This document shows, in pieces, positions 40,812 through 50,821 of a DNA stretch of 64,000 nucleotides. Made by a program: the position numbers and the translations under genes. How positions within the stretch are numbered: position 1 is the first letter of the stretch; the number at the start of each line of letters is the position of its first letter. Location: NCBI GenBank assembly GCA_963422395.1, contig OY729431.1, positions 1,856,001 through 1,920,000 of the forward strand, in the 5' to 3' direction. This DNA is from Vicinamibacteria bacterium. Lineage in GTDB: Bacteria; Acidobacteriota; Vicinamibacteria; Marinacidobacterales; Marinacidobacteraceae. The notes below the pieces were generated by a model. That model was not told the DNA's origin. It ran no database searches and saw nothing but the letters and a program-made list of their open reading frames with translations.

Positions 40812-41020
40812 GGACCGATCGTGCGGAACGATGGGCCTCGCCGGGCCGGCGGCGGATCGTGGCCCGGCCCCCCGGCCGGCGGCCGCCGGCCGGAATACCC
40901 ATCAGGAGTACCCGGCGGGGATCCCTTGTCTGGAGTGCTTTCTGGAAAGCTGTCGGGAACGATGACGGAACCGGCAACGGACCGGCGTGCGCCGCGGCCG
41001 CGGCCCGGAGCCGCCGGCCC

Positions 41021-41968
41021 GTGATCCTCGTAACCGGCGGCGCCGGCTTCATCGGCTCGGTACTCGTCTCGCGGCTCTCCGGCCGGGGAGAGCGGGTTCG
41101 GGTGCTCGACGACTTCTCCACCGGAAAGCGCGAACGGGTGGCCGAGCTCCCTCTCGTGGATGTGTTCGAGGGCGACATCCAGGATCCCGAAGCCGTACGG
41201 AGCGCGCTCGTCGGTGTGGACCGGGTCGTCCATCTCGCCGCAGTGGCCTCCGTCCCTCACGCCGAGCGAGAGCCCGAGGCCGCGACTCGGGTGAATGTCG
41301 CCGGCACGCTGGTGGTGCTCGGCGAGTCCCGCCGCGCCGGGGTGAAAAGCCTGGTGTACGCATCTTCGTGCTCGGTATATGGCGATGCCGGCGAAGATGC
41401 GATCGGCGAAACCACGCCCCAGCACCCCATCTCGGCGTATGCCGCGACGAAGCTGGCGGGCGAGCGGCATGTCCTCCTGTACCACCGGACCGGAGGGCCG
41501 CCGGCGATCGCCCTGCGCTTTTTCAATATCTATGGCCCGGGGCAGTCGCTCGACTCCCCCTATTCGGGAGTGATCGTCCGGTTTGCCGCGGCGGCACTTT
41601 CGGGAGGGCGCCCCCACATCTACGGGGACGGCGAACAGACGAGGGATTTCCTCTCGGTGGCCGATGTCGCCCGAGCGGTGATGCGTGCACTCGAGGCGGC
41701 GGGAGGCGCAGCGGGAGGCGAGGTGTTCAACATCGGCTCCGGGCGCGGAACGACGGTGAACGATATCTGGCGTCATGTCGCGGCGGCCGCCGCAGTCACC
41801 CGGTCCCCCCAGTTCTACCCCCCCCGGCCGGGGGACCCGCGCAACGCTCGGGCGCGGACCGACAAAGCGGCGGAAATGCTTGGTTTTCGGACGCGCATCG
41901 AGCTTGCCGAGGGAATCCGGGATCTCGTTTCCGCGATAGCGCGGGATGGAACTCTCGCGGCTCGTTAG
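41021..41968 (+). CDS. NAD-dependent epimerase/dehydratase (GalE/WbpP-like)
   Basis: ILVTGGAGFIGS, YAATK, RFFNIYGPGQ, DGEQTRDF. Confidence 0.92.
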   Translation: MILVTGGAGFIGSVLVSRLSGRGERVRVLDDFSTGKRERVAELPLVDVFEGDIQDPEAVRSALVGVDRVVHLAAVASVPHAEREPEAATRVNVAGTLVVLGESRRAGVKSLVYASSCSVYGDAGEDAIGETTPQHPISAYAATKLAGERHVLLYHRTGGPPAIALRFFNIYGPGQSLDSPYSGVIVRFAAAALSGGRPHIYGDGEQTRDFLSVADVARAVMRALEAAGGAAGGEVFNIGSGRGTTVNDIWRHVAAAAAVTRSPQFYPPRPGDPRNARARTDKAAEMLGFRTRIELAEGIRDLVSAIARDGTLAAR

Positions 41969-41987
41969 GATTCCCGCCTTCAGTCCC

Positions 41988-43379
41988 ATGGAAGGTCCCG
42001 CCGGTTCTGCGCCCATGCGCGAAAGCTCCGGGGATCCCGACCCCGGTTCCCGAGCCGGCGCGGCGCGCCGGCCGACAGCGGATCCATCGGCTCGGGGATT
42101 CACTTCCGCCGCGGCGGTCGCCGGCGCGCTCGCCTCGGGGATCGTGCTGTTCGGCGCCTCGGTTTCGGGCTCCTGGCACGGGCCCGTCCCCAAGGCTCCC
42201 GAACCGCCCGCGGTGAGGACGAGCGAGGCGCCCATCTACGGTCTCTTCCTGGTCCCCGACAGCTTCCTCCGAGGCGACTCGCTCTCGAATGTGCTGGAGC
42301 GCAACGGGTTCTCCGCGCGGGAGATCGCCGACATCACCGAAGCCCTCACCCCGGTCAGCGAGGTGAGGCGGTTGCGGGCAGGGCAATCGGTCTGGCTGCA
42401 TCGGAACGAGCGCGGTGTTCCCTCGCGCATCGAATTGCCGATCGAAGACTTCCGCAGGGTCTCGGTCGTCCGCTCTGCAAACGGCTGGACCGCTCGGGAA
42501 ACCGAAGGGGTCCGTTTCAAGCACCGCGAGACGGTACAGGGCATCCTGACCACGAGCCTCGACGAGGCGGTCCATCGGGCCGGCGAGCGCGCCGACCTCG
42601 CCATGTTGATCGCGCAAGTGCTCGAACACGATGTGGACTTCCATCGCGACCCGCGGCGGGGGGACACCTTCTCCCTCGTCGTGGACAAGCTCTACGACGC
42701 CGAAGGCGTCTGGAAGGGATACGGGGATCTCCACGCAGTGCGCTATCGCAACGCCGGCCGCGCGATCACCGCCTTCCGTTTCGAACTGCCGAGCGGGGCA
42801 TCGGGCTACTACGACCACGAAGGGAACTCCGTCCAGCGCTCCTTCCTGACGAGCCCGGTGGCCTACACCCGCATTTCGGGCGTCTTCACGAGCCGCCGAT
42901 TCCACCCGGTACATCGCGTTTACCGCCCTCACTACGGAGTGGACTACGCGGCGCCGCGGGGAACTCCGGTGCGGGCCACCGCCGACGGGGTGGTGGCAGA
43001 CGCCGGCCGTCGCGGCCCCAACGGAAACATGGTCACGCTGCGCCATGCCGGCGGCTATGTGACGAAATACCTCCACCTGCAGCGCATCGCTCCCGAAGCC
43101 CGAACCGGGCACTCGGTGCGGCAGCGGGAGATCATCGGATATGTCGGCTCCACCGGGGTTTCCACCGGGCCGCATCTCGACTACCGCATGTCCCGCTACG
43201 GGAGGCCGCTGAACCCGCGCACTCACATCCTGCCGCCAGGCCCACCGATCTCACCGGAGTACCGGGCGGCGTTCGATGCTTGGCGGAACGGCATGCTGGC
43301 TGCCCTCGACAGCCCGGCACCCCGACCGCGCCCGTCCACCGCACTCCGGACTCTGGACGCGAGCGGGGGCGGCTCTTAG
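41988..43379 (+). CDS. M23 family peptidoglycan endopeptidase (MepM-like; start uncertain)
   Basis: HYGVDYAAP.GTPV, YLHL, GSTG.STGPHLDY. Confidence 0.9.
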   Translation: MEGPAGSAPMRESSGDPDPGSRAGAARRPTADPSARGFTSAAAVAGALASGIVLFGASVSGSWHGPVPKAPEPPAVRTSEAPIYGLFLVPDSFLRGDSLSNVLERNGFSAREIADITEALTPVSEVRRLRAGQSVWLHRNERGVPSRIELPIEDFRRVSVVRSANGWTARETEGVRFKHRETVQGILTTSLDEAVHRAGERADLAMLIAQVLEHDVDFHRDPRRGDTFSLVVDKLYDAEGVWKGYGDLHAVRYRNAGRAITAFRFELPSGASGYYDHEGNSVQRSFLTSPVAYTRISGVFTSRRFHPVHRVYRPHYGVDYAAPRGTPVRATADGVVADAGRRGPNGNMVTLRHAGGYVTKYLHLQRIAPEARTGHSVRQREIIGYVGSTGVSTGPHLDYRMSRYGRPLNPRTHILPPGPPISPEYRAAFDAWRNGMLAALDSPAPRPRPSTALRTLDASGGGS

Positions 43380-43459
43380 CAGTCCGTGGATAAAGTCGCG
43401 CGAGCACCGAGAGCGGGCCCGTTCTCCCGGAAAGAGCCGCGGCTTTCACCCATAGCCTG
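43377..43459. mobile_element. Short, internally deleted TIR element copy A2
   Basis: TAG (M23 stop)-CAGTCCGTGGATAAAGTCGCGCGAGCACCGAGA..GTTCTCCCGG, with a degenerate right end CTTTCACCCATAGCCTG. Confidence 0.65.
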
Positions 43460-43507
43460 AAAAAAACACCTGTTGCGACCGAGCCTCCGGCTCGGGCGCG
43501 GCACAGC

Positions 43508-43700
43508 GGGGGTATGTGTGAAAGGGGGTCCACCCCCTTTCACGAATTGGTACCTCGGAATCCGAACTCGCTGCCCCCGGCAGCAGTTCGGATTCCCGGC
43601 GCGGAGCGCCGGGCGCTTCGAGAGCGGGGCATCTTCCCTCCTCCCCCAAAAACGCCCGACGCCATCCCTGACGCCCCGCCCTCGGAGCGCACCGCCCGAG
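43508..43700. repeat. Repeat family B, copy 2, with a 12-bp perfect inverted repeat at 43518-43543
   Basis: Homologous to 27017-27185. GTGAAAGGGGGT-CC-ACCCCCTTTCAC. Confidence 0.82.
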
Positions 43701-43949
43701 AGTCGAGGACCGCTGACATCCTCGTCCACCGCAGTTGACGCCGTGACCGCCCGGTCGGTCTCTGGGGGCCGAGAAGGAGATCTCGGCCCCCATCCATTTT
43801 TCATAACTCATTGATTTTTCTACGTATCGTCGAGCTGTCCAACGGGATCCACCCGCGCGTGGCGATCTTGGGAATCCGTTGGCGCGGGAGTTGCTGCTTC
43901 AAGCGTCCCGCATCGGAATCCGGAGCTTCGTCCCCGGATTCCTTTTCCC

Positions 43950-44423
43950 ATGGAGGTCCGCATGGCCCGATTCTGTTTTCCCCTTCCCGTCCTGGCGCTC
44001 GTCTCCTCGGCGGCGATCACGCTGGCGCCGGCGGCGGTCCAGCCCGACGAGCCGATCGACATCAACACCGCCACCGCCGAGCAACTCATCGAGCTGCCCC
44101 GGATCGGCGAAGTGACCGCTGCCCGCATCATCGCCTGGCGCGAGGAGAACGGCCCATTCACCAGCACCGAAGAACTGATGAATGTCCAGGGCATCGGTGA
44201 GCGGATCTATGAGCGGATCGAACCCCATGTGACGGTGGGGGACGGGCCGGGGAAAGAGCTCGGGCAGAGCCGGGAAGCGAGAGGAACCCTGGACGGAAGA
44301 AAAGAGAGGGAAGGGAACGGGGCCTGGAGTGAGATCTGGAACGAGATGCCCGCCCCTGCCCCACCGGGGGCCGCCAAGGATGCCTCCGAGGAGTCCGCCG
44401 GGCGTGCGCCGAGAACTTCCTGA
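43950..44423 (+). CDS. comEA: ComEA helix-hairpin-helix DNA-binding protein
   Basis: Signal peptide; IDINTATAEQL..LPRIG..A.RII..R..NGPF..EEL.NV.GIG. Confidence 0.9.
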   Translation: MEVRMARFCFPLPVLALVSSAAITLAPAAVQPDEPIDINTATAEQLIELPRIGEVTAARIIAWREENGPFTSTEELMNVQGIGERIYERIEPHVTVGDGPGKELGQSREARGTLDGRKEREGNGAWSEIWNEMPAPAPPGAAKDASEESAGRAPRTS

Positions 44424-45048
44424 GCGCAGTGGGAGCGGCGAGACCGGGAGTGATGCCGCCCGTCGGGCGCGGGGCTTCACGCTGGTCGAGCTGTTGCTCG
44501 CGATCGCGTTCCTCGCCGTACTCGGCGCCATGGCAGTCCCACCGTTCGCCGACCGCCTCCGCGCCGAAAAGGTCCGCGCCTCGGCGCTCGCCATCCGCGC
44601 GCTCCTGCATCAGACGCGCGCCGAGGCCGCCGCGAGATCCACGCAGGTGGCGGTTGTCTTCGATCCTCCTTCCCGGGGCTCGGGCAGCAGGATTCCGGGA
44701 TCCGCCGACTCGCCGGTGATCGCGGTGTATCTCGACGCGAACCACAATGGGGTGCGGCGTTCCGAGATCGCCGCAGGCAGAGAACGGCTGCTCGAAAACC
44801 CGTGGCGGTTCGGGAACCGTTTTCCCGGCGTCTCCTGGGGAGCTCCTGCCGGAGCCGGGGGCTCGGATGCGATCCCGGGGCTCGCCGTCGGAGCTGCCGG
44901 GATGATTTCCTTCTCGCCGCTCGGAGGTTCAGGTCCCGGTCGGATCACCGTGAGCGGAGAGGGCGTCGTCTATTCCGTGGTGATCCACGGTGGAAGCGCG
45001 CGGATTCGCCTCGAGCGCCGCGCGGGCGACAGGTGGATCCCGGCGTGA
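44329..45048 (+). CDS. Prepilin-type (GspH/FimT-like) pseudopilin (start uncertain)
   Basis: RG/FTLVELL cleavage-methylation motif followed by a hydrophobic helix. Confidence 0.85.
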   Translation: MRSGTRCPPLPHRGPPRMPPRSPPGVRRELPERSGSGETGSDAARRARGFTLVELLLAIAFLAVLGAMAVPPFADRLRAEKVRASALAIRALLHQTRAEAAARSTQVAVVFDPPSRGSGSRIPGSADSPVIAVYLDANHNGVRRSEIAAGRERLLENPWRFGNRFPGVSWGAPAGAGGSDAIPGLAVGAAGMISFSPLGGSGPGRITVSGEGVVYSVVIHGGSARIRLERRAGDRWIPA

Positions 45049-45051
45049 TCC

Positions 45052-45579
45052 TCACACTTCGCGGGCGGGAATCAGCCTCCCGCCCGCGAGCTCCAGGTGC
45101 CGCCAGTCGGCGAGCGCCCGGAAGACATCGTTGTCGACCGCGACGAGCGCCGGGGACCTCCCGTACATCTCCTCACCGACCACCCCGGCGAGCGCGAGGA
45201 AGGCGTCCACGCCGCGGGTGATCAGCGCGGCCGGCGCAGTGCCGCACCGGATCGCCTCCAGCAGCACTGCAGTCGTCGTCGAAGAGCCCCGGGTCGCCGG
45301 AAGGATCAGCACCCCGCCGGCAGCGTTTTGCCCGGCGAGTGGGTGGTGGGTATCGGTGATCCGCCCCGAAGCAGCGTCGTAGCCTCCCCAGAAGCTGAGC
45401 GGTTCGTCGGCGTGGAGCACTTCGCCCGCGGCGTTTCCGGCGATCACCACCCGCCCCCGAAACACCTTCGTTTCGGCACGCCCGATACCGGAAGAACCGG
45501 CTCCCGCCCCTCCCGAAAATGCGGATTCCCCGGAAGGGAGAACCGGAGGGCTGCCCGCGCCCGCTGCGCTCATTCCCAT
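45052..45579 (-). CDS. Aconitase X swivel subunit (DUF126)
   Basis: EPLSFWGG.D..SG.I.D.HHPL.G, RGSST. Confidence 0.9.
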   Translation of the reverse strand: MGMSAAGAGSPPVLPSGESAFSGGAGAGSSGIGRAETKVFRGRVVIAGNAAGEVLHADEPLSFWGGYDAASGRITDTHHPLAGQNAAGGVLILPATRGSSTTTAVLLEAIRCGTAPAALITRGVDAFLALAGVVGEEMYGRSPALVAVDNDVFRALADWRHLELAGGRLIPAREV

Positions 45580-46844
45580 ACCCCCGACTCACGCACCACC
45601 CGCCCCTGCCGCGCCGACTCGACGCACTCCGCGAGGCTTCCGAATGCCACCTCTGTTCCGAGCAGACCCGGTGCATACCAGGCGTATTTGGCCGAGTTCG
45701 TCATGAGCCGGCGCACGGTTCCGGGGAGCATGGGAGTGGCCAGGATGCAGGTATCCACGGTGATGCGGCCTCCGAAAGCATGGAGGGGTTCGAGGAGGCC
45801 GGCGCGCTCCGCCAGCGCGCGCACCGCACGGCTCGTGGTCACCAGGAATTCGCAGCCGCCCTCGCCCCGGGCGCCCCGCTCCCGGAGCACCTGCGCCAGC
45901 TTCTCGAATTCGGCGAAGGAGAAATGCGGGCTCCCGAGCACCACCAGGTCGAGCGGACCTTCGCTCCGGGTGGTGAGCGTTCGGCGCGCGGCACCGAGCT
46001 CTGCGAGTCCCACTTCGCGGGTGACGGCGGGCTCTCGGCCGCCGAGCGCGGCGCGCAGGGTGGGTGCTTCGGGGGTGACGCCGGGAATGTGGAAGAGCGC
46101 CACCGCGCCCGAAGCAGCGGCAGCGGCGCCGAGCGCCTTGAGCTGGTCTTCGTCGGGCGGAACCGGAAGGCCGGTGATCGCCGCCGGCTGATCTTCGGCC
46201 CACGGCCCGAGCAAGTGGCCCAGCACCGGGTAGAAGTCGTCCGCCGCGGCCAGCGCTTCGGAAATTCCGGTCAGCCGAAGCACTCGGGTGGCGAGACGGT
46301 TCTCGTCGAGATGGAGCCCCGCAGCGGGGGCGCGGCCGGTGACTGCGCAGCAGATGTCGAGGAGATCCGGATAGCGCTCGGTGCGCGCTCCGAGAACCGA
46401 ATTGGCGAAACAGACCGCGTTCGATTCGCCCCAGGCGACCTGCTGGCCCCGACGGGGGGTGTGGCCGGCCTGGTACGGGGCGCAGGTCCAGGTCGGCGTG
46501 GTTCCCATCGAGGCGTAGGCCCGCATCTGCCGCGCCGATTTCTCGGCCCATTCCGGCGGCACCGCCCACTCGCTCCAGTGGAATTCGTCGAGACCGCTCA
46601 CATTCAAGGTGGAGGGAACCCGGACGCGCGCCCCGAGCCCGGCGAGCCGCTCCGCGAACTCCAGTCCGGCGTCTCCCACATAGATCGTGCTGTCTATGTG
46701 CGCCGACTCGATGTCCAGCATCGCGCCAGCGCCTCGGACCTCGGCCATCCGCAACAGGATCCGCATGGCGAGGCGCGCTGCCTCCCCCTGCTCTCCCGCG
46801 AGCAGCGCCCGATCCCGCTCGTCGAGCCGGACTTCGGCGCTCAT
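45570..46844 (-). CDS. Aconitase X catalytic subunit (DUF521)
   Basis: AHID, TCAPY, AWGESNAV.FANSVLGART, LGSPHFS, DTC, TNSAKYA.Y.PG. Confidence 0.92.
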   Translation of the reverse strand: MSAEVRLDERDRALLAGEQGEAARLAMRILLRMAEVRGAGAMLDIESAHIDSTIYVGDAGLEFAERLAGLGARVRVPSTLNVSGLDEFHWSEWAVPPEWAEKSARQMRAYASMGTTPTWTCAPYQAGHTPRRGQQVAWGESNAVCFANSVLGARTERYPDLLDICCAVTGRAPAAGLHLDENRLATRVLRLTGISEALAAADDFYPVLGHLLGPWAEDQPAAITGLPVPPDEDQLKALGAAAAASGAVALFHIPGVTPEAPTLRAALGGREPAVTREVGLAELGAARRTLTTRSEGPLDLVVLGSPHFSFAEFEKLAQVLRERGARGEGGCEFLVTTSRAVRALAERAGLLEPLHAFGGRITVDTCILATPMLPGTVRRLMTNSAKYAWYAPGLLGTEVAFGSLAECVESARQGRVVRESGVWE

Positions 46845-46848
46845 CCGC

Positions 46849-48306
46849 TCAGTCGCGTACCCGGATCCCGGTTCGTTTCCATACGAAGCGATGGATCGCC
46901 AGGCAGACCAGGAGCAGCAGACTCAGCTGGAAAACCACCGTCCCGACGCTGAACTCCCCGAAGGGATTCCACCAGCCGCTTCCCGTGGACGACACCGACT
47001 GCCACATCCACCACAGGGCGAGCACGGTGAACTCGATCGGAACGATCCAGGTGATGACCCTCTCGAACCAGGACCCCACTCGCCATTCCTCCTCGGGTCC
47101 GAGAAGTTGTTCCTCACGGAAGCGGCGGGCTCCGCGGCGGATCACGGTGATGGCCACGAAGAGTCCGGACAGCAGCAACGCCACCCCCCAGACCCAGTCC
47201 TGGTTGCGGAAGAAGCCGAGCGACCAGGCAGAAGGGAGCCCGAACACGAAGGCCACCGCCCCCACCATCGGGACCGAGCGGCGGCGTGCCACTCCGATGT
47301 CCATCACCATCCGGTTCACGAGTTCCAGCTGGGAGATGAGCGAGGAGATCGCGGCGCAGCACAGCGTGAGGAAGAAGAGGGGAAGCAGGATTCCTCCACC
47401 CGGCATCTCGGAGAACAGGCGGGGGAGCCAGAGGAAGGTCAGCCCCTCGTTCCCGGCACCGAGGGCGGCGTCGCGGTCCGTTCCGGAACCACTCAGCGCG
47501 AACACGGTGCAGAGCACCGCGATGCCGGCGAGCAGCGAAGCGAAGTTGTTGGCGAACGCCGCAGCGATTCCGGTCCTCACGAAGCCCTGGCCCTTCGCCA
47601 CATAGGCGCCGAGCACCATGACTAGGCCCCACCCCGCACCCGTGCTCCAGGCGGTCTGAGTGAGCGCAGCGAGCCACAGCCGGTAATCGCCGAGCTGGCC
47701 GAAATCGGGAACGAAGAGGAATCGCAATCCCTCCCCGGCTCCGGGCAGCGTCACCGCCCGCAGCGCGGCGATCGCAAGCAGCACGAAGAGGGTCGGGACC
47801 AGAAAGCGATTGACTCGCTCGATGCCCCCCACCACCCCGCGGAAGATGATCGAGCAACCGATCAGCAAGGCGAGCCCGTGGAAGAGGACCGGCTGCACCG
47901 GATGGCTGGTGAAAGCCTCCCAATACGCCTGCGAATCGGCTCCTCGCAGCTGGCCCAGAACGGAGGCGACCAGGTACTTGAGGCACCAACCGGTGACTAC
48001 CGAGTAGTAGAAGGTGATGCAGGTGGTGACGAGGCCGATGAAGAGCCCCATCCAGTTGTGGCGGGCGCCGGTCAGCGCACCGATAGCGGCGGCTGGCCCG
48101 CGGCGCGAACTCTTGCCGAGTGCGAACTCGGCGAGCAACAGCGGAATCCCCCAGAGGAAGAGGAAGAGCAGCCAGGGGATCAGGAACTCGCCGCCGCCGT
48201 TCTGTGCCGCGATGCGGGGGAAACGCCAGATGTTGCCGGTGCCGACCGCCATCCCCACCGTGGCGAGCAGGACTGCCCAGCGGGAGGTGAACCGTTCGCT
48301 ACTCAC
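46849..48306 (-). CDS. Sodium-dependent transporter, NSS/SNF family
   Basis: GMAVGTGNIWRFP, NGGG.FLIP, FYYSVV.GW; about 12 TM segments. Confidence 0.93.
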   Translation of the reverse strand: MSSERFTSRWAVLLATVGMAVGTGNIWRFPRIAAQNGGGEFLIPWLLFLFLWGIPLLLAEFALGKSSRRGPAAAIGALTGARHNWMGLFIGLVTTCITFYYSVVTGWCLKYLVASVLGQLRGADSQAYWEAFTSHPVQPVLFHGLALLIGCSIIFRGVVGGIERVNRFLVPTLFVLLAIAALRAVTLPGAGEGLRFLFVPDFGQLGDYRLWLAALTQTAWSTGAGWGLVMVLGAYVAKGQGFVRTGIAAAFANNFASLLAGIAVLCTVFALSGSGTDRDAALGAGNEGLTFLWLPRLFSEMPGGGILLPLFFLTLCCAAISSLISQLELVNRMVMDIGVARRRSVPMVGAVAFVFGLPSAWSLGFFRNQDWVWGVALLLSGLFVAITVIRRGARRFREEQLLGPEEEWRVGSWFERVITWIVPIEFTVLALWWMWQSVSSTGSGWWNPFGEFSVGTVVFQLSLLLLVCLAIHRFVWKRTGIRVRD

Positions 48307-48423
48307 CGCGCCCCACCCCTCGCTCGCCGCCGGGCGGAGGCGGGTGCCCCAGGGCCGCGGCGCTCCGGAGGAAAACGGCCGGATCCGTCCGGTGCTCCCA
48401 GCCCCGCACTCCTTCTCCGCTCT

Positions 48424-49416
48424 TCATCCCCCGCGGCCCTGGTTCTGAAGCGTCAGGTCGAGCCCCAGACCGCGGGCTCGGGCCGCTTCGTACACGAAGG
48501 CGGCGCAGGCCACATCCTCGATCGCCACTCCCACCGACTTGAAGAGCGTGATGTCCTCGTCCGACTCCCGACCCGGCTTCTTGCCGGCGACGATGTCTCC
48601 GAGCTCGGCGTGGATCGAGCTCTCTTCGAACTCCCCGCTGCGGAGAGCCGCCATCAGGTCGCCGGCCTCGGCGAGCACCTGCGGGCGGAAGTCGGGCACG
48701 ACCCGCGCGCGGGCGAATGCAGCCGCCTCGACCTCCCGTTTCACCGGAGCGTTGGCGCCCACCGAGTTCACATGCATACCCGGTTCGAGCCAATCCGCCC
48801 GGATCACCGGTTCCTTCGTGGTGGTGGCCGCGCACACGATGTCCGAACCGCGCATCGCGGCTGCGGCGCTTCCGACCGGCTCGGCGTCGAGGCCCTCGGC
48901 GGCGAGCGCGGCGGCAAAGGCGGCCGCTGCCTCGGGAACCGCGTCGTGGATCCGCACCCGGCGGATCTTCCGCACTTCGCGCACCGCCGCGGCCTGGTTA
49001 CGGCCCTGGAACCCCGCCCCGATGAGGCCGAGCGAGGAAGCGTCCTTCCGCGCCAGATACCGAGTCGCCACCCCGCTGGCCGCGCCGGTCCGAGTCCCGG
49101 TGATGTGGGTTCCCGGCATCACTGCCGAGAGCGCTCCGGTTTCGGCATCGAAGTAGAGGAGAGCGAAATAGGTCTCCTCCGGGGCGCGCTTTCCAGGAGT
49201 TCCGGTGAGCGTCTTCAGCCCGAAGCCACGCATCTCGGGAATCACCGCCGCCATGATCCGGAAGTTACCGGCAGCCCCCGAAAGCGGCAGGATCAAGCGC
49301 GGGGCCAGTTGAGTCCGGCCTTCGGCGTGAAGCCGGAAGGATTTCTCGAGAAGACCTACGGCATCCTTCATGGAAAGCGCCTCGGCGACCTCTCGTTCGG
49401 TGAGGATGAGTGCCAC
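48424..49416 (-). CDS. Ornithine cyclodeaminase/mu-crystallin family protein
   Basis: TRTGAASGVA, LIGAGFQ, HVNSVGA, FKSVG.AIEDVA. Confidence 0.92.
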   Translation of the reverse strand: MALILTEREVAEALSMKDAVGLLEKSFRLHAEGRTQLAPRLILPLSGAAGNFRIMAAVIPEMRGFGLKTLTGTPGKRAPEETYFALLYFDAETGALSAVMPGTHITGTRTGAASGVATRYLARKDASSLGLIGAGFQGRNQAAAVREVRKIRRVRIHDAVPEAAAAFAAALAAEGLDAEPVGSAAAAMRGSDIVCAATTTKEPVIRADWLEPGMHVNSVGANAPVKREVEAAAFARARVVPDFRPQVLAEAGDLMAALRSGEFEESSIHAELGDIVAGKKPGRESDEDITLFKSVGVAIEDVACAAFVYEAARARGLGLDLTLQNQGRGG

Positions 49417-49433
49417 GGGACGAGTGTACCCGG

Positions 49434-49548
49434 CAGCTGCGACCTACGGTAGGTCGTTCATGCGAACCCGATCCCCGAAGCTCATCGGCATCCACCACCC
49501 CTCAGCAGAAGGAGCAACCTCGCTATCCGCCGCTTCGTCCACAGACTG
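49434..49548. mobile_element. TIR element copy A3: module gamma plus right TIR
   Basis: GCTGCGACCTACGGTAGGTCGTTCA..CTCAGCAGAAGGAG matches 55079-55158; ends CTTCGTCCACAGACTG. Confidence 0.75.
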
Positions 49549-49552
49549 CTGA

Positions 49553-49747
49553 CAGCCTGTGGATGAAGTGGCGTGAGCGCCGAGAGTGGCCAGTTCTCCC
49601 GGTGGGGGCGGCGCCCGGCGGGCAAAGCGCGTGAGGGAGGAATCCCGGGAGTATTTCGACCGAAACAACGATGAACCCCGGGGAACTGGGCGTTCAGCCG
49701 GGGCCCCCACCGGGAGAACTGGGCCGTGTGACTTCGTCCACCGGCTG
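49553..49747. mobile_element. TIR element copy A4, module alpha
   Basis: TGA-CAGCCTGTGGATGAAGT...ACTTCGTCCACCGGCTG-TCA; the TCA is the ProDH stop. Confidence 0.85.
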
Positions 49748-50650
49748 TCAACCCCGGGAGAAGACCGCCCGGATCACATGATGGGCGAGCTCCGGGTTCT
49801 TGCGGAGACGGCGGAGCGAGTAAGGCAACCACTCCGGCCCGAACGGAACAGCGACCCGGACGCGGTGCCCGGCGCGCCGGACGATCTCCCGCAGGCGCGG
49901 GCGCACACCGTGGAGCATCTGGAACTCGTAGCGCTCCGGCGGCACTCCGAGTTCTTCCACCATCGTGGATGCCTTGAAGATCAGCCACTCGTCGTGGGTG
50001 GCGATGCCGACCGAACAACCCGCCGTCAGCAGCTCGCGAAGGAGTAAGCAGTAGTTCTCCCGGATAAGCTGCGGCTCGGTGTAGGCGATCTCGTGGGACT
50101 CCAGATAGACACCCTTGCAGAGCCGCACATAGAACCCGGGGGCGGCCAGCTTCCGCACATCGGCGAGGCTTCGCCGCATCCGCGCCTGGATCACCACTCC
50201 GAAGTTCAGGAAATCGGGATGGAGTTCCCGGTAGAGATCGAGCGTCGCGTCGATCCGCGGACTGTCCTCCATGTCCATCCGCAGGAAAGTGCCGCCGCGG
50301 CTCGATGCGTATTCCAGCAGCGAACGGACCTGGTCTCGGCAGAAGCCGCGGTCGAGAAGCAGCCCGAGCTGGGTCAGCTTCACATGGACATACGCAGCAA
50401 GCTCGCGGCGGGCGACCGTATCCAGGACCTCTCGGTACATTGCGGTGGCGGCTTCGGCCTCCGCCCGGCTCTCGACGAATTCGCCGAGCTGACTGATGGC
50501 GACCAGGTATCCCTGCCGGTTCAGCATCTCGGCCTCCCGGGCGGCCTCCTCCACCGTCTCGCCGGCGATGTATGGCCGGGCGAAGGGACGGACCGCAGCC
50601 TTGGGCAGGAACTGCAGGCTGGCCGCGATCGTCCGATCGAAGAGACCCAA
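49748..50650 (-). CDS. Proline dehydrogenase (monofunctional)
   Basis: YIAGET, VKLTQLGL, RMDMED, VRLCKGVY.E, IATHD, EFQMLHG, LRRL. Confidence 0.92.
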   Translation of the reverse strand: MGLFDRTIAASLQFLPKAAVRPFARPYIAGETVEEAAREAEMLNRQGYLVAISQLGEFVESRAEAEAATAMYREVLDTVARRELAAYVHVKLTQLGLLLDRGFCRDQVRSLLEYASSRGGTFLRMDMEDSPRIDATLDLYRELHPDFLNFGVVIQARMRRSLADVRKLAAPGFYVRLCKGVYLESHEIAYTEPQLIRENYCLLLRELLTAGCSVGIATHDEWLIFKASTMVEELGVPPERYEFQMLHGVRPRLREIVRRAGHRVRVAVPFGPEWLPYSLRRLRKNPELAHHVIRAVFSRG

Positions 50651-50668
50651 ACCGGCCAACGCTCTCAG

Positions 50669-50814
50669 CAGTCTGTGGATGAAGTGGCGCGAGCCCCGAG
50701 AGCGGCCCATGCGGGGCCGGAAAGGCCCCGCGAACACGCCGAAGAGCGAGGGGTTCCCAGCCGAGTGTCCTCGACCGGGAGTCCCTCGCTGCTCGGCACT
50801 TCGTCCACAGGCTG
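50669..50814. mobile_element. TIR element copy A5, module beta only
   Basis: CAGTCTGTGGATGAAGT...ACTTCGTCCACAGGCTG. Interior matches 58840-58925. Confidence 0.85.
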
Positions 50815-50821
50815 TTAGATG

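Noticed and set aside
40872-40893. 22-bp perfect palindrome CCGGCCGGCGGCCGCCGGCCGG after rnpB
   Set aside because: Pure G/C low complexity, single copy and no U-tract, so no function can be assigned.
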